This document shows, piece by piece, positions 16,001-31,700 of a stretch of DNA of 64,000 nucleotides. Under the pieces are notes generated by a model. It did no database searches. It worked only from the letters and a program-made list of their open reading frames with translations, and had not been told where the DNA came from. Location of the stretch: NCBI GenBank assembly GCA_030390025.1, contig CM059431.1, positions 95,420,001-95,484,000 of the forward strand, given 5' to 3'. This stretch comes from Squalus acanthias. Taxonomy: Eukaryota. Numbering within the stretch: position 1 is the stretch's first letter; the number at the start of each line of letters is the position of its first letter. The position numbers and the translations under genes were made by a program.

Positions 16001-19000
16001 TCTAACTAATTCACCTCAACTTCCTCTAACCACTTCACCACAACTTCCTATAACTGGTTCACCACAACGTCCTCTAACTAGTTCACCACAACACCCTCTA
16101 ACTAGTTCACATCAACTTCCTCTAACTGGTTCACCACAACTTCCCCTAACAGTTTCACCACAACACCCTTTAACTAGTTCACCACAACACCCTCTAACTA
16201 GTTCACCACAACTTTCTCTAAATAGTTCACCACAACTTCCTCTAACTGGTTCACCACAACTTCCTCTAACTGGTTCACCACAACTTCCTCTAACTGGTGC
16301 AACACACCTTCATCTAACTAGTTCACCATGACTTCCCCTAACTGGTTCAGCACAACTTCCTCTAACTGGTTCACCACACCTTCCTCTCACTTGTTCACCT
16401 CAATATCCTCTAACTAGTTCACCACAACAAACTCTGACGACTTCACCACAACTTCTCTCAAATAATTCACCACAACTTCCTCTAACTAGTTCACCACAAC
16501 TTCCTCTAACGAGTTCACCACACCGTCCTCTAACTGGATCACCACACCTTCCTCTAACTGGTTCAACAGAACTTCCTCTAACTGGTTCACCACAAATTTC
16601 TCTAACGGCTTCACAACAACATCCTCTAACTAGTTCACCTCAACTTCCTCTAACTTGTTCACCACAACATCCTCTAACTAGTTCACCACAACATCCTCTA
16701 ACTAGTTTACCACAACATCCTCTAACTAGTTCACCTCAACTTCCTCTAACTGGTTCACAACAACATCCTCAAACTAGTTCACCACAACAACGTCTAACTA
16801 GTTCACCACAACACCCTCTAACTAGTTCACCTCAACTTCCTCTAACTGGTTCACCACAACTTCCTCTAACTGGTTCACCACAACACACTCTAACTGGTTC
16901 ACCACAACACCTTCTAACTAGTTCAACACAACTTCCTCTAACTAGTTCACCACAACTTCGTATAACTGTTTCAACACAACTTCCTCCAACTGGTTCACCA
17001 CAACTTCCACTGACTGGCTCACCACAAATTCTTCAAACTAGTTCAACACAACTTCCTCTAACTAGTTCACCACAACTTCCTCTAACTGGTTCAACACAAC
17101 TTACTCCAACTAGTTCACCACAACTTCCTCTAACTGGTTCAACACAACATCCTCTAACTAATTCACCACATCCTCCACTAACTAGTTCACTACAACTTCC
17201 TCTAACTGGTTCACCACAACACCCTCTAACGGGTTCACCACAACATCCTCTAACTGGTTCATCACAACACACTCTAACTAGTTAACCACGACTTCCCCTA
17301 ACTAGTTCACCACGACTTCCTCTAACTGGTACACCACAACTTCCTCTATATGGTTCACCACAACACCCTCTAACTAGTTCAACACAACTTCCTCTAACTA
17401 GTTCACCACAACTTCCTTTAACTGGTTCACCACAACTTCCTCTCACTGGTTCACCACAACATCCTCTAACTAGTTCACCACAACTTCCTCTAACTGGTTC
17501 AGCACAACTTCCTGTAACTGATTCACCACAACACCCTCTAACTAGTTCACCACAACTTCCTGTAACTAGTTCAGCACAACAACCTCTAACTGGTTCACCA
17601 CAACATCCTCTAACTAGTTGAACAAAACTTCCTCTAACTAGTTCACCACAACTTCCTATAACTGGATCACCACAACACACTATAACTAGTTCACCACAAC
17701 ACCCTCTAACTAGTTCACCACAACTTTCTCTAAATAGTTCACCACAACTTCCTCTAACTGGTTCACCACAACTTCCTCTAACTGGTTCACCACAACTTCC
17801 TCTAACTGGTGCAACACACCTTCATCTAACTAGTTCACCATGACTTCCCCTAACTGGTTCAGCACAACTTCCTCTAACTGGTTCACCACACCTTCCTCTA
17901 ACTTGTTCACCTCAATATCCTCTAACTAGTTCACCACAACAACCTCTGACGACTTCACCACAACTTCTCTCAAATAATTCACCACAACTTCCTCTAACTA
18001 GTTCACCACAACTTCCTCTAACGAGTTCACCACAACGTCCTCTAACTGGATCACCACACCTTCCTCTAACTGGTTCAACAGAACTTCCTCTAACTGGTTC
18101 ACCACAAATTTCTCTAACGGCTTCACAACAACATCCTCTAACTAGTTCACCTCAACTTCCTCTAACTTGTTCACCACAACATCCTCTAACTAGTTCACCA
18201 CAACATCCTCTAACTAGTTTACCACAACATCCTCCAACTAGTTCACCTCAACTTCCTCTAACTGGTTCACCACAACATCCTCAAACTAGTTCACCACAAC
18301 AACGTCTAACTAGTTCACCACAACACCCTCTAACTAGTTCACCTCAACTTCCTCTAACTGGTTCACCACAACTTCCTCTAACTGGTTCACCACAACACCC
18401 TCTAACTGGTTCACCACAACACCTTCTAACTAGTTCAACACAACTTCCTCTAACTAGTTCACCACAACTTCGTATAACTGTTTCAACACAACTTCCTCCA
18501 ACTCGTTCACCACAACTTCCACTGACTGGCTCACCACAAATTCTTCAAACTAGTTCAACACAACTTCCTCTAACTAGTTCACCACAACTTCCTCTAACTG
18601 GTTCAACACAACTTACTCCAACTAGTTCACCACAACTTCCTCTAACTGGTTCAACACAACATCCTCTAACTAATTCACCACATCCTCCACTAACTAGTTC
18701 AACACAACTTCATCTAACTAGTTCACCACAACTTCCTCTAACTGGTTCAACACAACTTACTCCAACTAGTTCACCACAACTTCCTCTAACTGGTTCAACA
18801 CAACATCCTCTAACTAATTCACCACATCCTCCACTAACTAGTTCAACACAACTTCATCTAACTAGTTCACCACAACTTCCTCTAACTGGTTCAACACAAC
18901 ATCCTCTAACTAGTTCAACACAACTTCCTCTAACTAGTTCACCACAACTTCCTCTAACTGGTTCAACACAACATCCTCTAACTAGTTCATCACAACTTCC

Positions 19001-22000
19001 ACTAACTGGTTCACCACAACAACATCTAACTAGTTCACCACGACTTCCCCTAACTGGTTCAGCACAACTTCCTCTAACTGGTTCACCACACCTTCCTCTA
19101 ACTGGTTCACCTCAATATCCTCTAACTAGTTCACCACAACAACCTCTGACTACTTCACCACAACTTCTCTCAAATAATTCACCACAACTTCCTCCAACTA
19201 GTTCACCACAACTTCCTCTAACTAGTTCACCACAACTTCCTCTAACTGGATCACCACACATTCCTCCAACTGGTTCACCACAACTTCGTCTAACTGGTTC
19301 ACCACAAATTCCTCTAACGGCTTCACAACAACATCCTCTAACTAGTTCACCTCAACTTCCTCTAACTGGTTCACCACAACAACCTCTAACTAGTTCACCA
19401 CAACATCCTCTAACCAGTTCACCTCAACTTCCACTAAATGGTTCACCACAACATCCTCTAACTAGTTCACCACAACAACCTCTAACTAGTTCACCACAAC
19501 ACCCTCTAACTAGTTCACCTCAGCTTCCTCTAACTGGTTCACCACAACTTCCTCTAACTGGTTCACCACAACACCCTCTAACTGGTTCACCACAACACCT
19601 TCTAACTAGTTCAACACAACTTCCTCTAACTGGTTCACCACAACTTCGTATAACTGGTTCAACACAACTTCCTCCAACTGGTTCACCACAACTTCCACTG
19701 ACTGGCTCACCACAACTTCTTCAAACTAGTTCAACACAACTTCCTCTAACTAGTTCACCACAACTTCCTCTAACTGGTTCAACACAACTTCCTCCAACTA
19801 GTTCACCACAACTTCCTCTAACTGGTTCAACACAACATCCTCTAACTAATTCACCACATCTTCCACTAACTAGTTCAACACAACTTCATCTAACTAGTTC
19901 ACCACAACTTCCTCTAACTGGTTCAACACAACATCCTTTAACTAGTTCAACACAACTTCCTCTAACTAGTTCACCACAACTTCCTCTAACTGGTTCAACA
20001 CAACATCCTCTAACTAGTTCACCACAACTTCCACTAACTGGTTCACCACAACAACATCTAACTAGTTCACCACAACTTCCTCTAACTGTTTCAGCACAAC
20101 TTCCCCTAACTAGTTCACCAGAACTTCCACTAACTGGTTCACCACAACAACCTCTAACTAGTTCACCACAACTTTCTCTAACTAGTTCACCACAACTTCC
20201 TGTAACTAGTTCACCACAACTTCCTCTAACAGGTTCACAACAACACCCGCTAACTAGTTCACCACAACTTCCCCTAACTAGTCCACCAGAACTTCCTCAA
20301 ACTCGTTCACCACAACTTCCTCTAACTGGTTCAACACAACTTCCCTGAACTGGTTCACCACAAGTTCCTCTAACTGGTTCACCACAACATCCTCTAACTA
20401 GTTCAACACAAATTCCACTAACTAGTTCACCACAAGATTCTCTAACTGGTTCACCACAAGTTCCCCTAACTGGATCAACACAACTTCCCCGAACTAATTC
20501 ACCAGATCTTCCCCTAACTGGTTCACCACAACAACCTCTAATTGCCTCACCACCACACCCTCTAGCTAGTTCACCACAACACCCTCTAACTAGTTCACCA
20601 CTACTTCCTCTAACTACTTCACCATAACATCCTCTAAATGGTTCACCACAACTTCCCCTAACTGGTTCATCACAACAACCTCTAATTGGTTCACCACAAC
20701 ATCCTCTAACTAGTTCACCACAACATCCTCTAACTAGTTCACCACAACATCCTCTAACTAGTTCATAACAACTTCCACTAACTGGTTCACCACAACATCC
20801 TCTAACTAGTTCACCACAACATCCTCTAACTAGTTCATTACAACTTCCACTAACTGGTTCACCACAACAACCTCTAACTGGTTCAGCACAACTTCCTCTA
20901 ACTAGTTTAGCACAACATCCTCTAACTGGTTCACCACAACTTCCTCTAACTAGTTCACCACAACATCCTCTGACTAGTTCACCACAAGATCCTCTACATG
21001 TTTCACCACAACTTCACCTAACTGGTTCACCACAACATCCTCTAACTGGTTCACCACAACTTCCTCTATCTGGTTCACCACAACTTCCACTAACTGGTTC
21101 ACCACAACTTCCACTAACTGGTTCATCACAACTTCTTCTAACTAGTTCACCACAACTTCCTCTAACTAGTTCACCAAAACATTCGTCTAACTGCTTCAAC
21201 ACAATTTCCTCTAACTAGTTAACCACAATAGCCTCTAACTAGTTCACCACAACACCTTCTAACTGGTTCAACAAACATCCTCTAACTTGTTCACATCAAC
21301 ACCTTCTAACTAGTTCACCACAACATCCTCTAACTGGTTCACCACAACATCCTCTAACTGGTTCACCACAACACCCTCTGACTAGTTCACCACAACTTCC
21401 TCTAACTGGTACACCACAACTTCCTCTAACTGGTTCACCACAACACCCTCTAACTAGTTCAGCACAACTTCCTCTAACTACTTCACCACAACTTCCTCTA
21501 AGTGGTTCACCACAACTTCCTCTAACTGGTTCACCACAACATCCTCTAACTAGTTCACCACAACTTCCTCTAACTGGTTCACCACAACTTCCTGTAACTG
21601 ATTCACCACAACACCTTCTAACTAGTTCAACACAACTTCCTCTAACTGGTTCACCACAACTTCGTATAACTGGTTCAACACAACTTCCTCCAACTGGTTC
21701 ACCACAACTTCCACTGACTGGCTCACCACAACTTCTTCAAACTAGTTCAACACAACTTCCTCTAACTAGTTCACCACAACTTCCTCTAACTGGTTCAACA
21801 CAACTTCCTCCAACTAGTTCACCACAACTTCCTCTAACTGGTTCAACACAACATCCTCTAACTAATTCACCACATCTTCCACTAACTAGTTCAACACAAC
21901 TTCATCTAACTAGTTCACCACAACTTCCTCTAACTGGTTCAACACAACATCCTCTAACTAGTTCAACACAACTTCCTCTTACTAGTTCACCACAACTTCC

Positions 22001-25000
22001 TCTAACTGGTTCAACACAACATCCTCTAACTAGTTCACCACAACTTCCACGAACTGGTTCACCACAACAACATCTAACTAGTTCACCACAACTTCCTCTA
22101 ACTGTTTCAGCACAACTTCCCCTAACTAGTTCACCAGAACTTCCACTAACTGGTTCACCACAACAACCTCTAACTAGTTCACCACAACTTTCTCTAACTA
22201 GTTCACCACAACTTCCTGTAACTAGTTCACCACAACTTCCTCTAACAGGTTCACAACAACACCCGCTAACTAGTTCACCACAACTTCCCCTAACTAGTCC
22301 ACCAGAACTTCCTCTAACTCGTTCACCACAACTTCCTCTAACTGGTTCAACACAACTTCCCTGAACTTGTTCACCACAAGTTCCTCTAACTGGTTCACCA
22401 CAACATCCTCTAACTAGTTCAACACAAATTCCACTAACTAGTTCACCACAAGATCCTCTAACTGGTTCACCACAAGTTCCCCGAACTGGATCAACACAAC
22501 TTCCCCGAACTAATTCACCAGATCTTCCCCTAACTGGTTCACCACAACAACCTCTAATTGCCTCACCACCACACCCTCTAGCTAGTTCACCACAACACCC
22601 TCTAACTAGTTCACCACTACTTCCTCTAACTAGTTCACCATAACATCCTCTAAATGGTTCACCACAACTTCCCCTAACTGGTTCATCACAACAACCTCTA
22701 ATTGGTTCACCACAACATCCTCTAACTAGTTCACCACAACATCCTCTAACTAGTTCACCACTACTTCCTCTAACTAGTTCACCATAACATCCTCTAAATG
22801 GTTCACCACAACTTCCCCTAACTGGTTCATCACAACAACCTCTAATTGGTTCACCACAACACCCTCTAGCTAGTTCACCACAACACCATCTAACTAGTTC
22901 ACCACAACATCCTCTAACTAGTTCATAACAACTTCCACTAACTGGTTCACCACCACAACCTCTAACTGGTTCAGCACAACTTCCTCTAACTAGTTTAGCA
23001 CAACATCCTCTAACTGGTTCACCACAACTTCCTCTAACTAGTTCACCACAACATCCTCTAACTGGTTCACCACAACTTCCTCTAACTAGTTCACCACAAC
23101 ATCCTCTACATGTTTCACCACAACTTCACCTAACTGGTTCACCACAACATCCTCTAACTGGTTCACCACAACTTCCTCTATCTGGTTCACCACAACTTCC
23201 ACTAACTGGTTCACCACAACTTCCACTAACTGGTTCATCACAACTTCTTCTAACTAGTTCACCACAACTTCCTCTAACTAGTTCACCAAAACATTCGTCT
23301 AACTGCTTCAACACAATTTCCTCTAACTAGTTAACCACAATAGCCTCTAACTAGTTCACCACAACACCTTCTAACTGGTTCAACAAACATCCTCTAACTT
23401 GTTCACATCAACACCTACTAACTAGTTCACCACAACATCCTCTAACTGGTTCACCACAACATCCTCTAACTGGTTCACCACAACACCCTCTGACTACTTC
23501 ACCACAACTTCCTCTAAGTGGTTCACCACAACTTCCTCTAACTGGTTCAACACAACATCCTCTAACTAGTTCACCACAACATCCTCTAACTAGTTCACCA
23601 CAACTTCCTCTAACTAGTTCGCCACAACTTCCTCTAACTGGTTCACCACAACATCCTCTAACTAGTTCACCAAAACTTCCTCTAACTAGTTCACCACAAC
23701 ATCCTCGAACTGGTTCACCACAACTTCCTGTAATTAGTTCACCACAACATCCTCTAACTATTTCACCACAACTTCCTCTAACTGGTTCACCACAACATCC
23801 TCTAACTGGTTCACCACAAATTCCTGTAACTAGTTCACCACAACACCCTCTAACTAGTTCACCACAACTTCCCCTAACTAGTTCACCACACCTTTGTTTA
23901 ACTGGTTCACCACAACACCCTCTAACTAGTTCACTACAACTTCCTCTAACTGGTTCACCACAACACCCTCTAACGGGTTCACCACAACATCCTCTAACTG
24001 GTTCATCACAACACACTCTAACTAGTTAACCACGACTTCCCCTAACTAGTTCACCATGACTTCCTCTAACTGGTACACCACAACTTCCTCTAAATGGTTC
24101 ACCACAACACCCTCTAACTAGTTCAACACAACTTCCTCTAACTAGTTCACCACAATTTCCTTTAAGTGGTTCACCACAACTTCCTCTCACTGGTTCACCA
24201 CAACATCCTCTAACTAGTTCACCACAACTTCCTCTAACTGGTTCAGCACAACTTCCTGTAACTGATTCACCACAACACCCTCTAACTAGTTCACCACAAC
24301 TTCCTGTAACTAGTTCAGCACAACAACCTCTAACTGGTTCACCACAACATCCTCGAACTGGTTCACCACAACTTCCTGTAATTAGTTCACCACAACATCC
24401 TCTAACTAGTTCACCACAACTTCCTCTAACTGGTTCACCACAACATCCTCTAACTGGTTCACCACAACTGCCTGTAACTAGTTCACCACAACACCCTCTA
24501 ACTAGTTCACCACAACTTCCTCTAACTAGTTCACCAAAACATTCGTCTAACTGCTTCAACACAATTTCCTCTAACTAGTTAACCACAATAGCCTCTAACT
24601 TGTTCACATCAACACCTTCTAACTAGTTCACCACAACATCCTCTAACTGGTTCACCACAACATCCTCTAACTGGTTCACCACAACACCCTCTGACTAGTT
24701 CACCACAACTTCCTCTAACTGGTACACCACAACTTCCTCTAAATGGTTCACCACAACACCCTCTAACTAGTTCAGCACAACTTCCTCTAACTACTTCACC
24801 ACAACTTCCTCTAACTGGTTCACCACAACATCCTCTAACTAGTTCACCACAACTTCCTCTAACTGGTTCACCACAACTTCCTGTAACTGATTCACCACAA
24901 CAACCTCTAACTAGTTCACCACAACTTCCTGTAACAAGTTCACCACAACTTCCTCTAACTGGTTCACCACAACATCCTCTAACTAGTTCACCAAAACTTC

Positions 25001-25769
25001 CTCTAACTAGTTCACCACAACATCCTCGAACTGGTTCACCACAACTTCCTGTAATTAGTTCACCACAACATCCTCTAACTAGTTCACCACAACTTCCTCT
25101 AACTGGTTCACCACAACATCCTCTAACTGGTTCACCACAAATTCCTGTAACTAGTTCACCACAACACCCTCTAACTAGTTCACCACAACTTCCCCTAACT
25201 AGTTCACCACACCTTTGTTTAACTGGTTCACCACAACACCCTCTAACTAGTTCACTACAACTTCCTCTAACTGGTTCACCACAACACCCTCTAACTGGTT
25301 CACCACAACATCCTCTAACTGGTTCATCACAACACACTCTAACTAGTTAACCACGACTTCCCCTAACTAGTTCACCATGACTTCCTCTAACTGGTACACC
25401 ACAACTTCCTCTAAATGGTTCACCACAACACCCTCTAACTAGTTCAACACAACTTCCTCTAACTAGTTCACCACAACTTCCTTTAAGTGGTTCACCACAA
25501 CTTCCTCTCACTGGTTCACCACAACATCCTCTAACTAGTTCACCACAACTTCCTCTAACTGGTTCAGCACAACTTCCTGTAACTGATTCACCACAACACC
25601 CTCTAACTAGTTCACCACAACTTCCTGTAACTAGTTCAGCACAACAACCTCTAACTGGTTCACCACAACATCCTCTAACTAGTTGAACAAAACTTCCTCT
25701 AACTAGTTCACCAAAACATCCTCGAACTGGTTCACCACAACTTCCTGTAATTAGTTCACCACAACATCC
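10096..25769. repeat. Satellite higher-order superunit, copy 1 (~11.9 kb plus an internal 3.77-kb duplication)
   Basis: Rare variant monomers recur in the same order in copy 2: 10131/25805 and 10670/26344 (offset 15674), 11714/27340 (15626), 17282/29140 (11858), 21014/32871 (11857), 24026/35882 (11856). Boundaries approximate. Confidence 0.88.
12045..19580. repeat. Near-exact tandem duplication of 3,768 bp (157 monomers)
   Basis: Landmark TGAACAAAAC at 12051 and 15819; identical ORF translations at 13265/17033 and 13514/17282; offset 3768 = 157 x 24. Confidence 0.9.
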
Positions 25770-28700
25770 TCTAACTGGTTCACCACAACATCCTCTAACT
25801 AGTTCAACACAAATTCCACTAACTAGTTCACCACAAGATCCTCTAACTGGTTCACCACAAGTTCCCCTAACTGGATCAACACAACTTCCCCGAACTAATT
25901 CACCAGATCTTCCCCTAACTGGTTCACCACAACAACCTCTAATTGCCTCACCACCACACCCTCTAGCTAGTTCACCACAACACCCTCTAACTAGTTCACC
26001 ACTACTTCCTCTAACTAGTTCACCATAACATCCTCTAAATGGTTCACCACAACTTCCCCGAACTGGTTCATCACAACAACCTCTAATTGGTTCACCACAA
26101 CACCCTCTAGCTAGTTCACCACAACATCCTCTAACTAGTTCACCAACAACTTCCACTAACTGGTTCACCACAACAACCTCTAACTGGTTCAGCACAACTT
26201 CCTCTAACTAGTTTAGCACAACATCCTCTAACTGGTTCACCACAACTTCCTCTAACTAGTTCACCACAACATCCTCTAACTGGTTCACCACAACTTCCTC
26301 TAACTAGTTCACCACAACATCCTCTACATGTTTCACCACAACTTCACCTAACTGGTTCACCACAACATCCTCTAACTGGTTCACCACAACTTCCTCTATC
26401 TGGTTCACCACAACTTCCACTAACTGGTTCACCACAACTTCCACTAACTGGTTCATCACAACTTCTTCTAACTAGTTCACCACAACTTCCTCTAACTAGT
26501 TCACCAAAACATTCGTCTAACTGCTTCAACACAATTTCCTCTAACTAGTTAACCACAATAGCCTCTAACTAGTTCACCACAACACCTTCTAACTGGTTCA
26601 ACAAACATCCTCTAACTTGTTCACATCAACACCTACTAACTAGTTCACCACAACATCCTCTAACTGGTTCACCACAACATCCTCTAACTGGTTCACCACA
26701 ACACCCTCTGACTAGTTCACCACAACTTCCTCTAAATTGTACACCACAACTTCCTCTAAATGGTTCACCACAACACCCTCTAACTAGTTCAGCACAACTT
26801 CCTCTAACTACTTCACCACAACTTCCTCTAAGTGGTTCACCACAACTTCCTCTAACTGGTTCACCACAACATCCTCTAACTAGTTCACCACAACTTCCTC
26901 TAACTGGTTCACCACAACTTCCTGTAACTGATTCACCACAACACCCTCTAACTAGTTCACCACAACTTCCTGTAACAAGTTCACCACAACTTCCTCTAAC
27001 TGGTTCACCACAACATCCTCTAACTAGTTCACCAAAACTTCCTCTAACTAGTTCACCACAACATCCTCGAACTGGTTCACCACAACTTCCTGTAATTAGT
27101 TCACCACAACATCCTCTAACTAGTTCACCACAACTTCCTCTAACTGGTTCACCACAACATCCTCTAACTGGTTCACTACAAATTCCTGTAACTAGTTCAC
27201 CACAACACCCTCTAACTAGTTCACCACAACTTCCCCTAACTAGTTCACCACACCTTTGTTTAACTGGTTCACCACAACACCCTCTAACGGGTTCACCACA
27301 ACATCCTCTAACTGGTTCATCACAACACACTCTAACTAGTTAACCACGACTTCCCCTAACTAGTTCATCACGACTTCCTCTAACTGGTACACCACAACTT
27401 CCTCTAAATGGTTCACCACAACACCCTCTAACTAGTTCAACACAACTTCCTCTAACTAGTTCACCACAACTTCCTTTAACTGGTTCACCACAACTTCCTC
27501 TCACTGGTTCACCACAACATCCTCTAACTAGTTCACCACAACTTCCTCTAACTGGTTCAGCACAACTTCCTGTAACTGATTCACCACAACACCCTCTAAC
27601 TAGTTCACCACAACTTCCTGTAACTAGTTCAGCACAACAACCTCTAACTGGTTCACCACAACATCCTCTAACTAGTTGAACAAAACTTCCTCTAACTAGT
27701 TCACCACAACTTCCTATAACTGGATCACCACAACACACTATAACTAGTTCACCACAACTTCCTCTAAGTGGTTCACCACAACTTCCTCTAACTGGTTCAC
27801 CACAACATCTTCTATCTGGTTCACCACAACTTCCTCTAACTGGTTCACCACAACACCCTCTAACTAATTCACCTCAACTTCCTCTAACCACTTCACCACA
27901 ACTTCCTATAACTGGTTCACCACAACGTCCTCTAACTAGTTCACCACAACACCCTCTAACTAGTTCACATCAACTTCCTCTAACTGGTTCACCACAACTT
28001 CCCCTAACAGTTTCACCACAACACCCTTTAACTAGTTCACCACAACACCCTCTAACTAGTTCACCACAACTTTCTCTAAATAGTTCACCACAACTTCCTC
28101 TAACTGGTTCACCACAACTTCCTCTAACTGGTTCACCACAACTTCCTCTAACTGGTGCAACACACCTTCATCTAACTAGTTCACCATGACTTCCCCTAAC
28201 TGGTTCAGCACAACTTCCTCTAACTGGTTCACCACACCTTCCTCTCACTTGTTCACCTCAATATCCTCTAACTAGTTCACCACAACAAACTCTGACGACT
28301 TCACCACAACTTCTCTCAAATAATTCACCACAACTTCCTCTAACTAGTTCACCACAACTTCCTCTAACGAGTTCACCACACCGTCCTCTAACTGGATCAC
28401 CACACCTTCCTCTAACTGGTTCAACAGAACTTCCTCTAACTGGTTCACCACAAATTTCTCTAACGGCTTCACAACAACATCCTCTAACTAGTTCACCTCA
28501 ACTTCCTCTAACTTGTTCACCACAACATCCTCTAACTAGTTCACCACAACATCCTCTAACTAGTTTACCACAACATCCTCTAACTAGTTCACCTCAACTT
28601 CCTCTAACTGGTTCACAACAACATCCTCAAACTAGTTCACCACAACAACGTCTAACTAGTTCACCACAACACCCTCTAACTAGTTCACCTCAACTTCCTC

Positions 28701-31700
28701 TAACTGGTTCACCACAACTTCCTCTAACTGGTTCACCACAACACCGTCTAACTGGTTCACCACAACACCTTCTAACTAGTTCAACACAACTTCCTCTAAC
28801 TAGTTCACCACAACTTCGTATAACTGTTTCAACACAACTTCCTCCAACTGGTTCACCACAACTTCCACTGACTGGCTCACCACAAATTCTTCAAACTAGT
28901 TCAACACAACTTCCTCTAACTAGTTCACCACAACTTCCTCTAACTGGTTCAACACAACTTACTCCAACTAGTTCACCACAACTTCCTCTAACTGGTTCAA
29001 CACAACATCCTCTAACTAATTCACCACATCCTCCACTAACTAGTTCACTACAACTTCCTCTAACTGGTTCACCACAACACCCTCTAACGGGTTCACCACA
29101 ACATCCTCTAACTGGTTCATCACAACACACTCTAACTAGTTAACCACGACTTCCCCTAACTAGTTCACCACGACTTCCTCTAACTGGTACACCACAACTT
29201 CCTCTATATGGTTCACCACAACACCCTCTAACTAGTTCAACACAACTTCCTCTAACTAGTTCACCACAACTTCCTTTAACTGGTTCACCACAACTTCCTC
29301 TCACTGGTTCACCACAACATCCTCTAACTAGTTCACCACAACTTCCTCTAACTGGTTCAGCACAACTTCCTGTAACTGATTCACCACAACACCCTCTAAC
29401 TAGTTCACCACAACTTCCTGTAACTAGTTCAGCACAACAACCTCTAACTGGTTCACCACAACATCCTCTAACTAGTTGAACAAAACTTCCTCTAACTAGT
29501 TCACCACAACTTCCTATAACTGGATCACCACAACACACTATAACTAGTTCACCACAACACCCTCTAACTAGTTCACCACAACTTTCTCTAAATAGTTCAC
29601 CACAACTTCCTCTAACTGGTTCACCACAACTTCCTCTAACTGGTTCACCACAACTTCCTCTAACTGGTGCAACACACCTTCATCTAACTAGTTCACCATG
29701 ACTTCCCCTAACTGGTTCAGCACAACTTCCTCTAACTGGTTCACCACACCTTCCTCTAACTTGTTCACCTCAATATCCTCTAACTAGTTCACCACAACAA
29801 CCTCTGACGACTTCACCACAACTTCTCTCAAATAATTCACCACAACTTCCTCTAACTAGTTCACCACAACTTCCTCTAACGAGTTCACCACAACGTCCTC
29901 TAACTGGATCACCACACCTTCCTCTAACTGGTTCAACAGAACTTCCTCTAACTGGTTCACCACAAATTTCTCTAACGGCTTCACAACAACATCCTCTAAC
30001 TAGTTCACCTCAACTTCCTCTAACTTGTTCACCACAACATCCTCTAACTAGTTCACCACAACATCCTCTAACTAGTTTACCACAACATCCTCCAACTAGT
30101 TCACCTCAACTTCCTCTAACTGGTTCACCACAACATCCTCAAACTAGTTCACCACAACAACGTCTAACTAGTTCACCACAACACCCTCTAACTAGTTCAC
30201 CTCAACTTCCTCTAACTGGTTCACCACAACTTCCTCTAACTGGTTCACCACAACACCCTCTAACTGGTTCACCACAACACCTTCTAACTAGTTCAACACA
30301 ACTTCCTCTAACTAGTTCACCACAACTTCGTATAACTGTTTCAACACAACTTCCTCCAACTCGTTCACCACAACTTCCACTGACTGGCTCACCACAAATT
30401 CTTCAAACTAGTTCAACACAACTTCCTCTAACTAGTTCACCACAACTTCCTCTAACTGGTTCAACACAACTTACTCCAACTAGTTCACCACAACTTCCTC
30501 TAACTGGTTCAACACAACATCCTCTAACTAATTCACCACATCCTCCACTAACTAGTTCAACACAACTTCATCTAACTAGTTCACCACAACTTCCTCTAAC
30601 TGGTTCAACACAACTTACTCCAACTAGTTCACCACAACTTCCTCTAACTGGTTCAACACAACATCCTCTAACTAATTCACCACATCCTCCACTAACTAGT
30701 TCAACACAACTTCATCTAACTAGTTCACCACAACTTCCTCTAACTGGTTCAACACAACATCCTCTAACTAGTTCAACACAACTTCCTCTAACTAGTTCAC
30801 CACAACTTCCTCTAACTGGTTCAACACAACATCCTCTAACTAGTTCATCACAACTTCCACTAACTGGTTCACCACAACAACATCTAACTAGTTCACCACG
30901 ACTTCCCCTAACTGGTTCAGCACAACTTCCTCTAACTGGTTCACCACACCTTCCTCTAACTGGTTCACCTCAATATCCTCTAACTAGTTCACCACAACAA
31001 CCTCTGACTACTTCACCACAACTTCTCTCAAATAATTCACCACAACTTCCTCCAACTAGTTCACCACAACTTCCTCTAACTAGTTCACCACAACTTCCTC
31101 TAACTGGATCACCACACATTCCTCCAACTGGTTCACCACAACTTCGTCTAACTGGTTCACCACAAATTCACTAACGGCTTCACAACAACATCCTCTAACT
31201 AGTTCACCTCAACTTCCTCTAACTGGTTCACCACAACAACCTCTAACTAGTTCACCACAACATCCTCTAACCAGTTCACCTCAACTTCCACTAAATGGTT
31301 CACCACAACATCCTCTAACTAGTTCACCACAACAACCTCTAACTAGTTCACCACAACACCCTCTAACTAGTTCACCTCAGCTTCCTCTAACTGGTTCACC
31401 ACAACTTCCTCTAACTGGTTCACCACAACACCCTCTAACTGGTTCACCACAACACCTTCTAACTAGTTCAACACAACTTCCTCTAACTGGTTCACCACAA
31501 CTTCGTATAACTGGTTCAACACAACTTCCTCCAACTGGTTCACCACAACTTCCACTGACTGGCTCACCACAACTTCTTCAAACTAGTTCAACACAACTTC
31601 CTCTAACTAGTTCACCACAACTTCCTCTAACTGGTTCAACACAACTTCCTCCAACTAGTTCACCACAACTTCCTCTAACTGGTTCAACACAACATCCTCT

